The position numbers were made by a program, and so were the translations under genes. A stretch of DNA of 64,000 bases from an uncultured Pseudobdellovibrionaceae bacterium (lineage in GTDB: Bacteria; Bdellovibrionota; FAC87; UBA2466), in the NCBI GenBank assembly GCA_964396165.1, contig CAYNEF010000013.1:13478-77477 (forward strand), given 5' to 3'. Of the stretch, positions 28,351-38,682 are shown one piece after another. The stretch's first letter is position 1. Each line of letters starts with the position of its first letter. Under the pieces are notes generated by a model that was not told the DNA's origin, did no database searches, and saw nothing but the letters and a program-made list of their open reading frames with translations.

Positions 28351-29364
28351 TTATGCCCAATCCGTTTTTAACACGACGTTTTCGCGTTTGTTCATCGTCA
28401 AACTTAAATAGTAGTTCACGCGCTTTAATAAAGAAGCGGGAACAAAACTCGCAGGGATTCCAATTAAAGTGCGCGGGTGAAAAATCTGCCAAAAATCCCA
28501 ACTAATGGCATTGAGAAATCTGTGTCTCGCCCAACCGGGGTTGGAAGCAACCCGAATTCCTTGCCAGCCATAATTTCTGAGAGTTCTACCGACATAACGA
28601 TAGAATGCTTTTTTCTCTTCTTTTTTCAACAAGGGTTCCGTTTTCATTAGTTCCATCGAATGGATGAAATTGGGATAGTTTCTTAAAATCGCTTTGCCCG
28701 TATTATTCAAATGATCTCGCATCACGACCAAAGGAGTCTCTAAAAAGTGAAAACGGTAGCTGAGCGCAAAGCGAAAAAATATATCTTCTCCTTCTGAAAC
28801 CAATTCATCTCTAAAGGGAAAATCAATAAAACATTGCTTGCGAAAAAGAGGCGCGATGGGAGGGATGGTGCCTTCGGTGTGATAACCCTGCATCATTTGT
28901 TTGAAAATCCAGCCAGAGGATCGCAGTGAATTTTCCTGCCAGATTTCACCCGTAACCTGATTCAAACGAAAACCGGGACAATAGACTACACCAATTTCCT
29001 CGCCCTTTTGAAGAAAACACTGCATTTGCAGCGCGATTTTTTCAGGCAGGTAATAGTCGTCACCGTACAAAATCGAGAGAAATTCTCCATTACACAATTT
29101 TAAAGATTTTTTGGATGCGGTCTGAATCGATTCGTTTTTATCATTTAAAAAAAGTTGTATGCGCGGGTTATTCCCGTAAGTTTCTCTTAAAATAGACTGT
29201 GTGCGATCGCTAGAACCATTGTCGTATCCGATAATTTCGATATTTGGGTACGTTTGATTCAAAACGCTTTCGTACGCCTGCAAAATATACGCTTCTTGGT
29301 TGTAGCTTTGGATAAGCACTGTAACTTTTGGAAGCGAGTGGGCCATGTGCCGTGAACATAACAT
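28351..29364 (-). CDS. Glycosyltransferase family 2
   Basis: VTVLIQSYNQEAYILQAYESVLNQTYPNIEIIGYDNGSSDRT, with DxD-like YGDDYY. Confidence 0.8.
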   Translation of the reverse strand: MLCSRHMAHSLPKVTVLIQSYNQEAYILQAYESVLNQTYPNIEIIGYDNGSSDRTQSILRETYGNNPRIQLFLNDKNESIQTASKKSLKLCNGEFLSILYGDDYYLPEKIALQMQCFLQKGEEIGVVYCPGFRLNQVTGEIWQENSLRSSGWIFKQMMQGYHTEGTIPPIAPLFRKQCFIDFPFRDELVSEGEDIFFRFALSYRFHFLETPLVVMRDHLNNTGKAILRNYPNFIHSMELMKTEPLLKKEEKKAFYRYVGRTLRNYGWQGIRVASNPGWARHRFLNAISWDFWQIFHPRTLIGIPASFVPASLLKRVNYYLSLTMNKRENVVLKTDWA

Positions 29365-29402
29365 TGAATCAAATCCAAACTCAAGTTAACGTACTACAAA
29401 TG

Positions 29403-30287
29403 TGGAAGCTGCCAGGCATTATAATTTTATGCATGTGTCTCATCTTGCCGAGGCCTACTTTTGCCATGACGGACAAAGAAAAAGCGAAGGTATTTTTCTT
29501 CCCCCGCTCAGGTGATAAATACCCCCGCAAGTTTATTTTGCCTCCACTTTTTTCCCTGCTTTTGCCGGGCTCTGACCAGTATTGGGAAAAACAGTGGATC
29601 CCCGGACTTGCTTATACAGCAGGCGGATTATCCGGTCTGGGTCTTATCATGGCCAGTCGAGATAGTGGGGACAGTCGCTATAAAAATTTTGGATTTGATG
29701 TTTTTTTAACGTCGGGAAGTCTGAGCGCTTACCATTCTTTTCGCACCGCCATTATCTCGAGAAAACTGCAGGGCGAATTCACCTATGTTATGCAAGATGA
29801 AATTCCGGCAACTCTTCTTTTTGCGCCTTTTGATTACCACCACCTACAAGAAATCACGACGTGGGCTCCTCTTGCTGCGGGCTTTGTCTTGTTTATGTTT
29901 TTGGGCGAAAGAAAAACGGGTGGTACAGCCACCTTAAACGATTTGTTTTACGCAGGTACTGTTTCTTACATGAATGCCGTTGGGGAAGAGGCACTTTTTC
30001 GTGGCTGGGTATTGCCCGTGATGAAACATTATATCGGGGTAGATTCCTGGTCGATTGGCGTAACAGCTGGTCTTTCCAGTATTTACCACGGGATGCGTTT
30101 TAAACATTGGGTGAGCGCACTGGCGCTGGGGGCTTATTTGGGATGGCTCACTCAAAGAAACGACTACGCCATTGCCCAAGGAATTTTCATTCATACATGG
30201 TGGGATGTGATCGCGTTTATGAGCGATTATGCGTACAACCGGGAACAGGCTTTTTTAAGTCTTCCGCCAGTTGTGATTACATTCTAA
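29403..30287 (+). CDS. CPBP-family intramembrane glutamic endopeptidase (CAAX protease-like)
   Basis: Motif 1 EEALFRGW. Motif 2 FxxxH SIYHGMRFKH. Motif 3 HTWWD. Polytopic membrane protein. The ORF track begins at 29328 and overlaps the upstream gene, so the internal Met at 29403 is the likelier start. Confidence 0.6.
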   Translation, partial: WKLPGIIILCMCLILPRPTFAMTDKEKAKVFFFPRSGDKYPRKFILPPLFSLLLPGSDQYWEKQWIPGLAYTAGGLSGLGLIMASRDSGDSRYKNFGFDVFLTSGSLSAYHSFRTAIISRKLQGEFTYVMQDEIPATLLFAPFDYHHLQEITTWAPLAAGFVLFMFLGERKTGGTATLNDLFYAGTVSYMNAVGEEALFRGWVLPVMKHYIGVDSWSIGVTAGLSSIYHGMRFKHWVSALALGAYLGWLTQRNDYAIAQGIFIHTWWDVIAFMSDYAYNREQAFLSLPPVVITF

Positions 30288-30316
30288 TGCTGTAGTATAG
30301 AAGGTAAGAGGATAAT

Positions 30317-31039
30317 ATGCAGTGCGTAATACTTGCAGGTGGGCTGGCAACAAGAATGCGCCCCATTACCGAAAAAATTCCCAAACTTTTAATTCCCGTT
30401 CAAGGCAAACCGTTTGCCTACCACCAGCTGCATTGGCTGAAGAAAAAAGGTGTAACAGAAGTTCTTCTTTCCATTGGTTATCTGGGAGAGCAAATCCAAT
30501 CTTATGTGGGCGATGGAAATAACTTTGGCTTAAAAGTGGATTATGTCGACGAGGGAAAAAATTTGCGGGGAACTGCAGGGGCTTTAAGACTTGCTCTGGA
30601 TGAAGGAAAACTGCACGAAAATTTTCTTGTGACCTATGGAGATTCCTTTCTTCCTGTCGATTACCAGGACATTTTTTCCCAATTTTTATTCTGCGGTAAA
30701 CCCGCCCTGATGACAGTATTTGAAAATGCGGGAAAATGGGACGCAAGCAATGTCTGGTACGAAAAAAATACAGTGAAATTGTATGATAAACACGGCAAGC
30801 AACCGGAAAATGCAGCTAAATTGCAGTATATCGATTACGGGTTATCTGCACTTAGCAGCGAAACCATCGAAGCGCGCGTGCCCTCTAATACCAAGGCCGA
30901 TTTGGCCGAACTTTTCTACGATTTAAGCACCGAAGGCGAGCTTGCGGGCTATGTCGTCAAAGAGCGATTCTATGAAATTGGCTCGGTAAACGGCCTAGCG
31001 GATTTTAACGAATATATCAGTTATAACGCACAGCAATAA
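30317..31039 (+). CDS. Sugar-phosphate nucleotidyltransferase (HddC-like, heptose-1-phosphate guanylyl/cytidylyltransferase)
   Basis: N-terminal ILAGGLATRMRPIT-x-K-IPK motif. About 240 aa. Neighbours are GmhA and a transaldolase. Confidence 0.7.
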   Translation: MQCVILAGGLATRMRPITEKIPKLLIPVQGKPFAYHQLHWLKKKGVTEVLLSIGYLGEQIQSYVGDGNNFGLKVDYVDEGKNLRGTAGALRLALDEGKLHENFLVTYGDSFLPVDYQDIFSQFLFCGKPALMTVFENAGKWDASNVWYEKNTVKLYDKHGKQPENAAKLQYIDYGLSALSSETIEARVPSNTKADLAELFYDLSTEGELAGYVVKERFYEIGSVNGLADFNEYISYNAQQ

Positions 31040-31113
31040 ATCATCTCTTTTCTTTTCTTTCTGGCCCCCATCCTTTAGAGTCTGCCCATAAACTAACTTA
31101 CGAGGGATGAACC

Positions 31114-31833
31114 ATGAAATCGCCGTACCAAGGAAAAATCAAAATCTATTCTGACGGAGCTGACAAAGCGTCGATGCTCGAAATGTCTAAGAACCCACTT
31201 GTACAAGGTTTAACTACCAACCCTACATTGATGAAAAAAGCGGGCGTGAAAGATTACCGCACGTTCTGCAAAGAAATTTTAAAAGAGATTACAGACAAGC
31301 CGATTTCTTTCGAAGTGTTTGCTGATGACTTTAAAGAAATGAAAAGACAAGCCACTGAAATTGCTTCTTGGGGCAAAAATGTGTACGTGAAAATTCCCAT
31401 CACAAACAGTGAAGGCGAAAGTTCCATTCCTCTTGTAAAAGAATTGGCGCATGACGGAGTGAAGTTGAATGTCACAGCCCTTTTAACTTTGACCCAGACT
31501 TGGGAAACCTGTCAGGCATTAAAAGGTGGCGCACCTTCCATCGTTTCCGTATTCGCAGGCCGCATTGCAGATACAGGCGTGGATCCAGTACCCTTGATGG
31601 CTGCTGCAAGTGAAATGTGCTCTAGCGCCGACAAAAATATTGAACTGCTTTGGGCAAGTTCCAGAGAGCTTTACAACATCATCCAGGCAGAACAAACAGG
31701 TTGCCAGATCATTACGGCAACACCTGATATTTTGAAAAAAATGTCGATGTTGAATAAAGACTTAACTCTTTTAAGTCTTGAAACTGTTCGCATGTTTAGA
31801 AGTGACGCAGAATCTGCAGGTTTCACTCTATGA
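31114..31833 (+). CDS. Transaldolase / fructose-6-phosphate aldolase family (short TalC/FSA type)
   Basis: Contains TTNPTL. 239 aa. Its stop overlaps the gmhA start. Confidence 0.75.
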   Translation: MKSPYQGKIKIYSDGADKASMLEMSKNPLVQGLTTNPTLMKKAGVKDYRTFCKEILKEITDKPISFEVFADDFKEMKRQATEIASWGKNVYVKIPITNSEGESSIPLVKELAHDGVKLNVTALLTLTQTWETCQALKGGAPSIVSVFAGRIADTGVDPVPLMAAASEMCSSADKNIELLWASSRELYNIIQAEQTGCQIITATPDILKKMSMLNKDLTLLSLETVRMFRSDAESAGFTL

Positions 31834-32429
31834 AAACATTTACAGAAACGTTTCTTGAAGAAAGCGTGTCTTTGATAAAAGATCTCGATGTCAGCGCAAT
31901 TGAAGCGATGGCAAAGGGCTTGGCTGAAAGCCGTGATCAAGGCGGCAGACTTTTTATTTTAGGTGTCGGCGGTTCTGCCGGTCACGCAAGTCATGCAGTC
32001 AATGACTTTAGAAAGATCTGTGCGTTTGAAGCTTATACTCCAACGGATAACGTGTCAGAACTCACAGCAAGAGTGAATGATGAAGGTTGGGACACGAGTT
32101 TCTCCGAGTGGCTTAAAGTTTCGCGTTTAAATAAAAAAGATGCGCTTCTTGTTTTCTCTGTCGGCGGTGGAAATAGAGAAAAAAATGTCAGCGTAAATCT
32201 GGTGAAGTCTTTAGAACTCGCCAAAGAAGTCGGCGCAAACATCTACGGAATTGTCGGTAAAGACGGCGGCTACACAAAACAAGTGGCAAATGCCTGTTGT
32301 GTTATTCCGACTGTTTCTTCCGATCGTGTCACTCCTCATACGGAAGGCTTTTGCGCAGTCGTTTGGCACTTACTTGTCAGTCATCCGGCATTAAAAGTGA
32401 AAATCACCAAATGGGAATCGGTGAAATAA
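31830..32429 (+). CDS. gmhA: Phosphoheptose isomerase (SIS domain)
   Basis: SIS motif LFILGVGGSAGHASHAVNDF. 199 aa, typical of GmhA. Confidence 0.8.
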   Translation: MKTFTETFLEESVSLIKDLDVSAIEAMAKGLAESRDQGGRLFILGVGGSAGHASHAVNDFRKICAFEAYTPTDNVSELTARVNDEGWDTSFSEWLKVSRLNKKDALLVFSVGGGNREKNVSVNLVKSLELAKEVGANIYGIVGKDGGYTKQVANACCVIPTVSSDRVTPHTEGFCAVVWHLLVSHPALKVKITKWESVK

Positions 32430-32435
32430 ACTTTT

Positions 32436-33167
32436 ATGAAGTTGTCTGTCATTCTTCCTGTTTATAATGAAGCCGCCCATGTAGGTACGCTCTTAAGCCA
32501 AGTGTTTTTGCAGCCGTTACCCGACATGGATCGCGAACTTATTATCATCGAAAGCAATTCCAAAGATGGCTCCCGTAAAATCGTACAGGATTTTGCAGCC
32601 GCTCATCCGGATTTGGTTCGCGTGATTTTGGAAGACAGACCGCAAGGCAAAGGCCATGCAGTACGGCAAGGCCTTGCGATGGCTACGGGCGACATCATCC
32701 TCATTCAAGATGGCGATTTGGAATACGATGTAAAAGACTATCCTATTCTTCTTCAACCCATTATCGATGGAAAAGCAGACTTTGTTTTAGGAAGCCGCCA
32801 TCTATCAGCGGGTGGTTGGAAAATCAGAAAGTTCAAAGAAAATCCTTTTGGCTCATCCGTAATGAATTTGGGGGGCACTTTGTTCCACGCGTTTTTTAAT
32901 TGCGTGTACCAGACAAAGCTCACTGATCCGACGACGATGTACAAAGTATTTAAAAGAAAATGCATTGAGAATCTCACGTTTGATTCCAACCGCTTTGATT
33001 TTGATTTTGAACTTGTTGCCAAACTGATTCGCAGTGGGTTTATCCCGCTTGAAGTACCTATTTCTTATGTCTCGCGTGGTTTTGAAGAGGGAAAGAAGAT
33101 TCAGGTATTTCGGGATCCTTTCACCTGGATTTGGGCAATTTTAAAATTCAGATTCTGTAGAGTGTAA
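32436..33167 (+). CDS. Glycosyltransferase family 2 (polyprenyl-phosphate sugar transferase-like)
   Basis: LSVILPVYNEAAHV and DGD motifs. Confidence 0.8.
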   Translation: MKLSVILPVYNEAAHVGTLLSQVFLQPLPDMDRELIIIESNSKDGSRKIVQDFAAAHPDLVRVILEDRPQGKGHAVRQGLAMATGDIILIQDGDLEYDVKDYPILLQPIIDGKADFVLGSRHLSAGGWKIRKFKENPFGSSVMNLGGTLFHAFFNCVYQTKLTDPTTMYKVFKRKCIENLTFDSNRFDFDFELVAKLIRSGFIPLEVPISYVSRGFEEGKKIQVFRDPFTWIWAILKFRFCRV

Positions 33168-33168
33168 T

Positions 33169-34131
33169 ATGAAAAAAGCATTAGTAACCGGGGCTGCAGG
33201 TTTTATCGCAAGCCACTTGTGTGATCGCCTTGTGAAAGACGGTTATCAGGTAATCGGTGTGGATAATCTTTCCACCGGAAACAAAAGATTTTTAGCCGGC
33301 ATTCTCGATAATCCCGCATTTCGTTTGGTCGAGCGGGATATCACTGATCCCAATGCGTTAAAAGATTTGCTGGATAAAGACACGGAAAGAGTTTTTCATT
33401 TGGCAGCCAATGCAGATGTTCGCTTTGGTCTTAATCACCCGCGCCGTGATTTAGAACAAAACTTGATTGCGACCTGGAATGTTTTAGAAGCGATGAGAGA
33501 ACGTGGTGTAAAAAATATTGCGTTCAGTTCCACAGGCAGTGTGTACGGTGAAGCTCCTGTGATTCCCAGTCCCGAAACCTGTCCTTTCCCCATTCAAACT
33601 TCGTTGTATGGAGCAGCAAAAGCGGGTGCCGAAGGATTTATTTCTGCGTATGCAGAAGGGTATGGGATGAAGGCGCATATTTTTAGATTTGTTTCTATCT
33701 TGGGCGAGCGCTACACGCACGGACACGTTTTTGATTTTGTAAGAAAACTGCAAGCCGATAATTCAAAATTAGATGTTTTGGGAAATGGCAAACAGAGAAA
33801 ATCCTATCTTTATATTGGCGATTGCGTGGAAGCCATTATGACTGCTGTAAATTACACCACTCCAAAAGCAGTGGAAATTTACAATCTGGGAACAGATGAG
33901 TACACGACAGTAGATGCTTCTATCGAAACAATTTCCCAAATGCTGAATGTCCGCCCCGAAATCAAATATGCAGGCGGTGAACGCGGCTGGATCGGTGATA
34001 ATCCTTTTATCTTTTTAGACTGTACCAAAATAAAATCCACCGGCTGGGTTGCAAAAAAATCCATCAAAGAAGGTGTGGAGCTTACGGTAAAATATCTGCT
34101 CGCAAATCCTTGGGTGTTTGATAGAGCATGA
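33169..34131 (+). CDS. NAD-dependent sugar epimerase/dehydratase (SDR family)
   Basis: GAAGFIASHL glycine motif. Catalytic YGAAK. Confidence 0.85.
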   Translation: MKKALVTGAAGFIASHLCDRLVKDGYQVIGVDNLSTGNKRFLAGILDNPAFRLVERDITDPNALKDLLDKDTERVFHLAANADVRFGLNHPRRDLEQNLIATWNVLEAMRERGVKNIAFSSTGSVYGEAPVIPSPETCPFPIQTSLYGAAKAGAEGFISAYAEGYGMKAHIFRFVSILGERYTHGHVFDFVRKLQADNSKLDVLGNGKQRKSYLYIGDCVEAIMTAVNYTTPKAVEIYNLGTDEYTTVDASIETISQMLNVRPEIKYAGGERGWIGDNPFIFLDCTKIKSTGWVAKKSIKEGVELTVKYLLANPWVFDRA

Positions 34132-35138
34132 GTGCCAAGCCATTAAAAGTCGCAATCATTGGCGCGGGTTTGATTGGTAACAAACGCGCAAAAGCGCTTT
34201 TGCCTCAAGACAAGCTCTCGTGGGTTTGTGATGTTTCTTTAGACAGAGCGAAAACTTTAGCAGACAGTTACCAGGCAAAAGCTACGACAAACCCACAGGA
34301 TTTGTTTTCAGACGCAGAAGTCGATGTAGTCATCATTGCGACGTCCAATAAATTTATTCCAGAACTTTCCATCGCAGCTCTGAAAAGCGGCAAATCCGTC
34401 TTGGTTGAAAAACCAGCGGGAAGAAATCCGATTGAATTAAGAGAAGTCTTTGAAGTTGAAAAAAATTCGAAAGGCATTTTGCGTGTAGGCTTTAACCACC
34501 GGTTTCATCCCGCACTTTTAAAAGCCAAAAAAATGATTGATGAGGGTGCCATCGGAGAACTTATGTATTTTCGTGCCCGTTATGGACACGGCGGCCGAAT
34601 CGGTTATGACAAAGAGTGGAGAGCAGTTCCTGAAATAGCCGGCGGGGGAGAACTTCTCGATCAGGGTGTGCATTTGATTGATCTTTGCCGTTGGATGGGT
34701 GGAGAATTTGATTTGGAGTGGGGAAGAGTAGAAACTTTTTTCTGGGACATGCCGGTAGAAGACAATGGCTTTCTTCTTTTGAAATCGAGAGAAAAAAATA
34801 CGCGCGCGTTCTTACATGCAAGTTGCACCGAATGGAAGAATCTTTTTGATTTCGAAATTTTTGGACGCACTGGAAAATTGCAGATTTTTGGAATTGGCAG
34901 AAGTTACGGTGTGGAAGAATTGCGGTTTTTTAAAATGAAACCCGAGATGGGCCCACCGGATATCACGATAGAGACTTTTCCTGGGGAAGATCTTTCCTGG
35001 AACGACGAGTGGCAATCGATGCACCTCGAAATTCAGGGTGAGAAGACAAACTTAGGTACGGTCTATGATGCTTTGCGTACCACAGAAATTGTTCACGCAA
35101 GCTACGCGCAATCTGGCTGCTCTTACGCAAAGCAATAA
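34128..35138 (+). CDS. Gfo/Idh/MocA-family oxidoreductase
   Basis: KVAIIGAGLIGNKRAKAL and VLVEKPAG. Confidence 0.8.
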   Translation: MSAKPLKVAIIGAGLIGNKRAKALLPQDKLSWVCDVSLDRAKTLADSYQAKATTNPQDLFSDAEVDVVIIATSNKFIPELSIAALKSGKSVLVEKPAGRNPIELREVFEVEKNSKGILRVGFNHRFHPALLKAKKMIDEGAIGELMYFRARYGHGGRIGYDKEWRAVPEIAGGGELLDQGVHLIDLCRWMGGEFDLEWGRVETFFWDMPVEDNGFLLLKSREKNTRAFLHASCTEWKNLFDFEIFGRTGKLQIFGIGRSYGVEELRFFKMKPEMGPPDITIETFPGEDLSWNDEWQSMHLEIQGEKTNLGTVYDALRTTEIVHASYAQSGCSYAKQ

Positions 35139-35213
35139 GTCATTCCAATTGTTTTTTTTTCTTCATTATTTCTAATCTAATTCCGATAGATCATTGAACT
35201 TTATATCTTATTC

Positions 35214-36359
35214 ATGGCTATCACTAAAAAATTCAACCGAAAAAAAATACTAACAGTAATCGGTGTTTACCTACTTTGCTTGCTGGGTCTGGAAGTTGTG
35301 GGACAGTTCGTCATTAGTTATGTAGAAAGTAGACGCCCCAGTGGGATTTATGCAGAAAACATCATGAGCTTAAATGAAACGATGCTCGACTTTTCTCTAA
35401 AGAAAGGTGTCGACGAGGATTTCCCCGGATGGAATGTAAAAACTAATGCATGGGGTTATCGCATTGGAGATAAATTCGAATTAGAAAAACCAAAAGACAC
35501 TTTAAGAATTGTAATGGTGGGAGGTTCGACAGTGTTTGGCTGGGGAGTTGAGTACACAGAGTCTATCCCCAGTTACTTGCAGCACTTAATCACCAAAGAA
35601 ATTAAGTCCCAACGCGGGATCGCAAGTAACAATATCAAAGTGGAAGTAATTAACGCAGGTGTACCGTGGTATGCCACCTGGAATGAGAGCGCGATTGTTT
35701 TGCACCGTGTTTTAAAATTAAAGCCTGACTGGATTATCGCATTTGATGGGCTAAATGATGCAGCCAAGTCTCTCTCTCCTGACTGGAGCCCCGTGTACGA
35801 AGGCTATGAAGACATCGCGACTAACATTATCAAGCAACGCCGTTCGCACAAATTTGGATTCAAGGATTTCGTTCTCGAAGTGATTAAACTCAGCCCCACC
35901 ATGAAATATGTCTTCGCCAAAGTTAGAGCAAGACAACAATTGTCTTACGGTGCGTACCATCCTGAAGCGTGGGATCAGTATTTGTACTACCATAAAATGA
36001 TGAAGAGCACGTGTCAGGGGCTTGGGATCAAGTATTCCTCTTTTTTACAGCCTGTCATGATGGTGGACAAGCCGCTTAGTCCGAAAGAAGAAGCGACCAA
36101 TTACACCAGCATGCGTGACAATGTCATTGCCGATACCTTCCGACAAATTTACTGGTTGGGCCATTTGGCGGCATCGCAATCTGGGCTGGGAATCATTAGC
36201 CTTAAGAGTTTATTTAAAGACACAAAAGAAGTGATTTATCTGGATGGATTGCATTATAATGGACGCGGTAATCTGATGTTGGCAGAAGAAATTTTTGAAA
36301 AAGACGTAAAGCCCAATCTGATGCCTATCATTGCTTCGAACTTTAAGGAGTCCAAGTGA
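35214..36359 (+). CDS. Membrane-anchored SGNH/GDSL-like hydrolase (possible glycan O-acetyl esterase or transferase)
   Basis: N-terminal transmembrane segment. Block I VGGSTVFG, block III FDGLNDA, block V DGLHYN. Confidence 0.5.
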   Translation: MAITKKFNRKKILTVIGVYLLCLLGLEVVGQFVISYVESRRPSGIYAENIMSLNETMLDFSLKKGVDEDFPGWNVKTNAWGYRIGDKFELEKPKDTLRIVMVGGSTVFGWGVEYTESIPSYLQHLITKEIKSQRGIASNNIKVEVINAGVPWYATWNESAIVLHRVLKLKPDWIIAFDGLNDAAKSLSPDWSPVYEGYEDIATNIIKQRRSHKFGFKDFVLEVIKLSPTMKYVFAKVRARQQLSYGAYHPEAWDQYLYYHKMMKSTCQGLGIKYSSFLQPVMMVDKPLSPKEEATNYTSMRDNVIADTFRQIYWLGHLAASQSGLGIISLKSLFKDTKEVIYLDGLHYNGRGNLMLAEEIFEKDVKPNLMPIIASNFKESK

Positions 36360-37042
36360 ACAAAGTTTTCTTTCTGGTTTTAGTTTGTACCAATCTCATT
36401 TTCGCTGAACAAAATATCCAAAATATGGATCAACAGTTCATGCAAATGATGCAGCAACGTGCGCAAGAAGCAGAACGCGATGAAGAATTTAAAAATCCCA
36501 AAAAACCAAAATTGGATGCCAGCCGTGCCGTATTTGGAAACCGCAATGCCAAAATTCAAGTCATTGAATACTCTGATTTTCAGTGCCCTTATTGCAAAAA
36601 AGGTTCAGAAATTTTAAATGAAGTGAAAGAAAAGTATAAAGGCAAAATCATGGTGCAGTTTAAAAATATGCCTCTCCCTTTTCATCCTTTTGCGATGCCT
36701 GCTTCCAAAGTGTTTGAAGCCATTGCCATGCAGGATGCAAAAAAAGCATACGCCTTTCATGATGCTATTTTTGCTTCTCAAGAATCCTTATCCCAAGGCG
36801 ACAGTTTTTTATTTGAAGTGGCAAAAAAAGTGGGCGCGAATGTGGAACGTGTGAAAAAAGACATGAACTCCGATAAAGTAAAAAAGCGCATTGAAGAAGA
36901 CATGGAAGAAGCCAAAAAGTTCGGTATTCAGGGAACGCCTGGTTTCCTCGTCATGGGTGTCACCATTAAAGGCGCTTACCCGAAGGAAGAATTTTTCTCA
37001 GTCATCGAAAAAAGGCTCGCTTCAAAAAAATCAGCTAAATGA
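36356..37042 (+). CDS. DsbA-family thiol:disulfide oxidoreductase (periplasmic)
   Basis: Signal peptide. Active site CPYC. Thioredoxin fold. Confidence 0.8.
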   Translation: MNKVFFLVLVCTNLIFAEQNIQNMDQQFMQMMQQRAQEAERDEEFKNPKKPKLDASRAVFGNRNAKIQVIEYSDFQCPYCKKGSEILNEVKEKYKGKIMVQFKNMPLPFHPFAMPASKVFEAIAMQDAKKAYAFHDAIFASQESLSQGDSFLFEVAKKVGANVERVKKDMNSDKVKKRIEEDMEEAKKFGIQGTPGFLVMGVTIKGAYPKEEFFSVIEKRLASKKSAK

Positions 37043-37840
37043 TTGCAAGAGTTGTTTGTGCTCGGGCAAGCAGTACAGAATTTGATCGTGTAAATTAACG
37101 AGCAAGTACCCACATTCTTTTAAAAATAAATCAATTTCAGAAATATCCTCTTGGGAAAGAACCTGCGGGTGGTATTCCATCGCCAATATTTCAACTTTCT
37201 TATTTTTAAAGACTTCTCTCGCACCCTTCATGACAAGGCCTTCTGCGCCTTCACAGTCAATTTTCATGAGCCGGACTTTTTCTATCTTATTTACTGCGAA
37301 GTAAGAATCCATACTTACAGTTTTTATGGTTTCTTTGGTGGAACTGAATTTGGATGACTGAAAGAAACTGGAGGAACCGGTATTGGTAGTGGGACGTAAG
37401 AATATTTCAGTGGTCCCCGCAGTTTCAGAAAATCCTAAGTGCGAAATAGTAACCTCTTTGCATTTGTTTTCTTCGAGGTTTTTAGCAATCACAGGCAAGA
37501 GCCTGCTTTGTGGTTCGATACAAAATACTTTGGCACCGACTCGTGAAGCAAGGGCAGTAAAATAACCTTCGTTTCCGCCTACGTCGACAAAGACGTCTCC
37601 ATTTTTAAGAAGATTGCTCACCAATTTTGACATTTGCGGTTCGTAAATTTTGTCATTGAGAAGTGCTTGCCCAAAAACAGAGACCGGATCTGCCCAGAAG
37701 CAGAAGCCATTTGAAGTGGGTATCATTTTTCTCTCTATGCCAAACCACTTTTTTAAAAGCTCACCAAATTCTGCCGGGCGCACTTTGAGAAGCAGGTTGT
37801 AGAAAATAAGCTGCATCGGATTAAAAGCACTATGAGTCAT
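37031..37840 (-). CDS. FkbM-family methyltransferase
   Basis: VFVDVGGNEGYFTALASRVGAKVFCIEPQ. Confidence 0.8.
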   Translation of the reverse strand: MTHSAFNPMQLIFYNLLLKVRPAEFGELLKKWFGIERKMIPTSNGFCFWADPVSVFGQALLNDKIYEPQMSKLVSNLLKNGDVFVDVGGNEGYFTALASRVGAKVFCIEPQSRLLPVIAKNLEENKCKEVTISHLGFSETAGTTEIFLRPTTNTGSSSFFQSSKFSSTKETIKTVSMDSYFAVNKIEKVRLMKIDCEGAEGLVMKGAREVFKNKKVEILAMEYHPQVLSQEDISEIDLFLKECGYLLVNLHDQILYCLPEHKQLLQSFS

Positions 37841-37888
37841 GGATAAAAGTATTCTATACTTTTAAGCGCGTTAATTAAAGGTGAATCC

Positions 37889-38677
37889 ATGTATTATGAG
37901 CTGTCGCAAGTAATCCGTATTTTTGTATGGCCCTACAATATTGCGCTGTTCTTGCTTTTTACGACTTTTTTTCTTCTCTGTCGCGACCGGGTTAAAGCAG
38001 CAAAAAAGCTTCTTTTGATTACTCTTTTAGCTCTTTCTTTTATATCGCTTCCCATCATTGTGTATCACCGAACATATGCTCTTGAGAGCGCTTATCCCTC
38101 AAAGCCCCTTTCGGATTACGAACAAGCAGATGCAATTGTGGTTTTAGGGGGCAGTATTGGCGCAAAAGTTTATCCTCGCTATGAAGCAGAAGAAACGGAA
38201 GGAAGCCGTCTTTTACCAGCCTTGCGACTCTATAATAAAAATAAATCAAAACTGATTATTGTTTCCGGAGGCGTGCCCTACAAGTCGATTGATGGCACGG
38301 AAAGAACTGAATCTACAGATATGAAAGATATTTTGATGGATTTTGGAATCCCCAAAGAAAATATTATTGAAGAAAACCGGTCGAGAAATACTGTAGAAAA
38401 TGCGTTGTACGTAAAAGAAATTATGGAAGCTAAGGGGATTAAAAAAATATTACTTGTTACGGCTGCTGTCCATATGCGAAGGGCAATGATGATTTTTAAC
38501 CGCGTCGGCATTCAAGCGATACCGGTTCCCTGTCTTCACAAAGCAAGCGAGCGTAAATATAAATTAGGAGATTTTATCCCAGAAGTGGGCGCGATGAATG
38601 GAATGAATTCCCTGTTCAAGGAATTTATGGGCTATTGGATTACGTACTATATGCCATTGAAGGCTTTTTCAAAATAA
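37889..38677 (+). CDS. DUF218 / YdcF-ElyC-family envelope protein
   Basis: Transmembrane N-terminus. ADAIVVLGG, SGG and ENRSRNTVENA motifs. Confidence 0.65.
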   Translation: MYYELSQVIRIFVWPYNIALFLLFTTFFLLCRDRVKAAKKLLLITLLALSFISLPIIVYHRTYALESAYPSKPLSDYEQADAIVVLGGSIGAKVYPRYEAEETEGSRLLPALRLYNKNKSKLIIVSGGVPYKSIDGTERTESTDMKDILMDFGIPKENIIEENRSRNTVENALYVKEIMEAKGIKKILLVTAAVHMRRAMMIFNRVGIQAIPVPCLHKASERKYKLGDFIPEVGAMNGMNSLFKEFMGYWITYYMPLKAFSK

Positions 38678-38682
38678 CCGGA

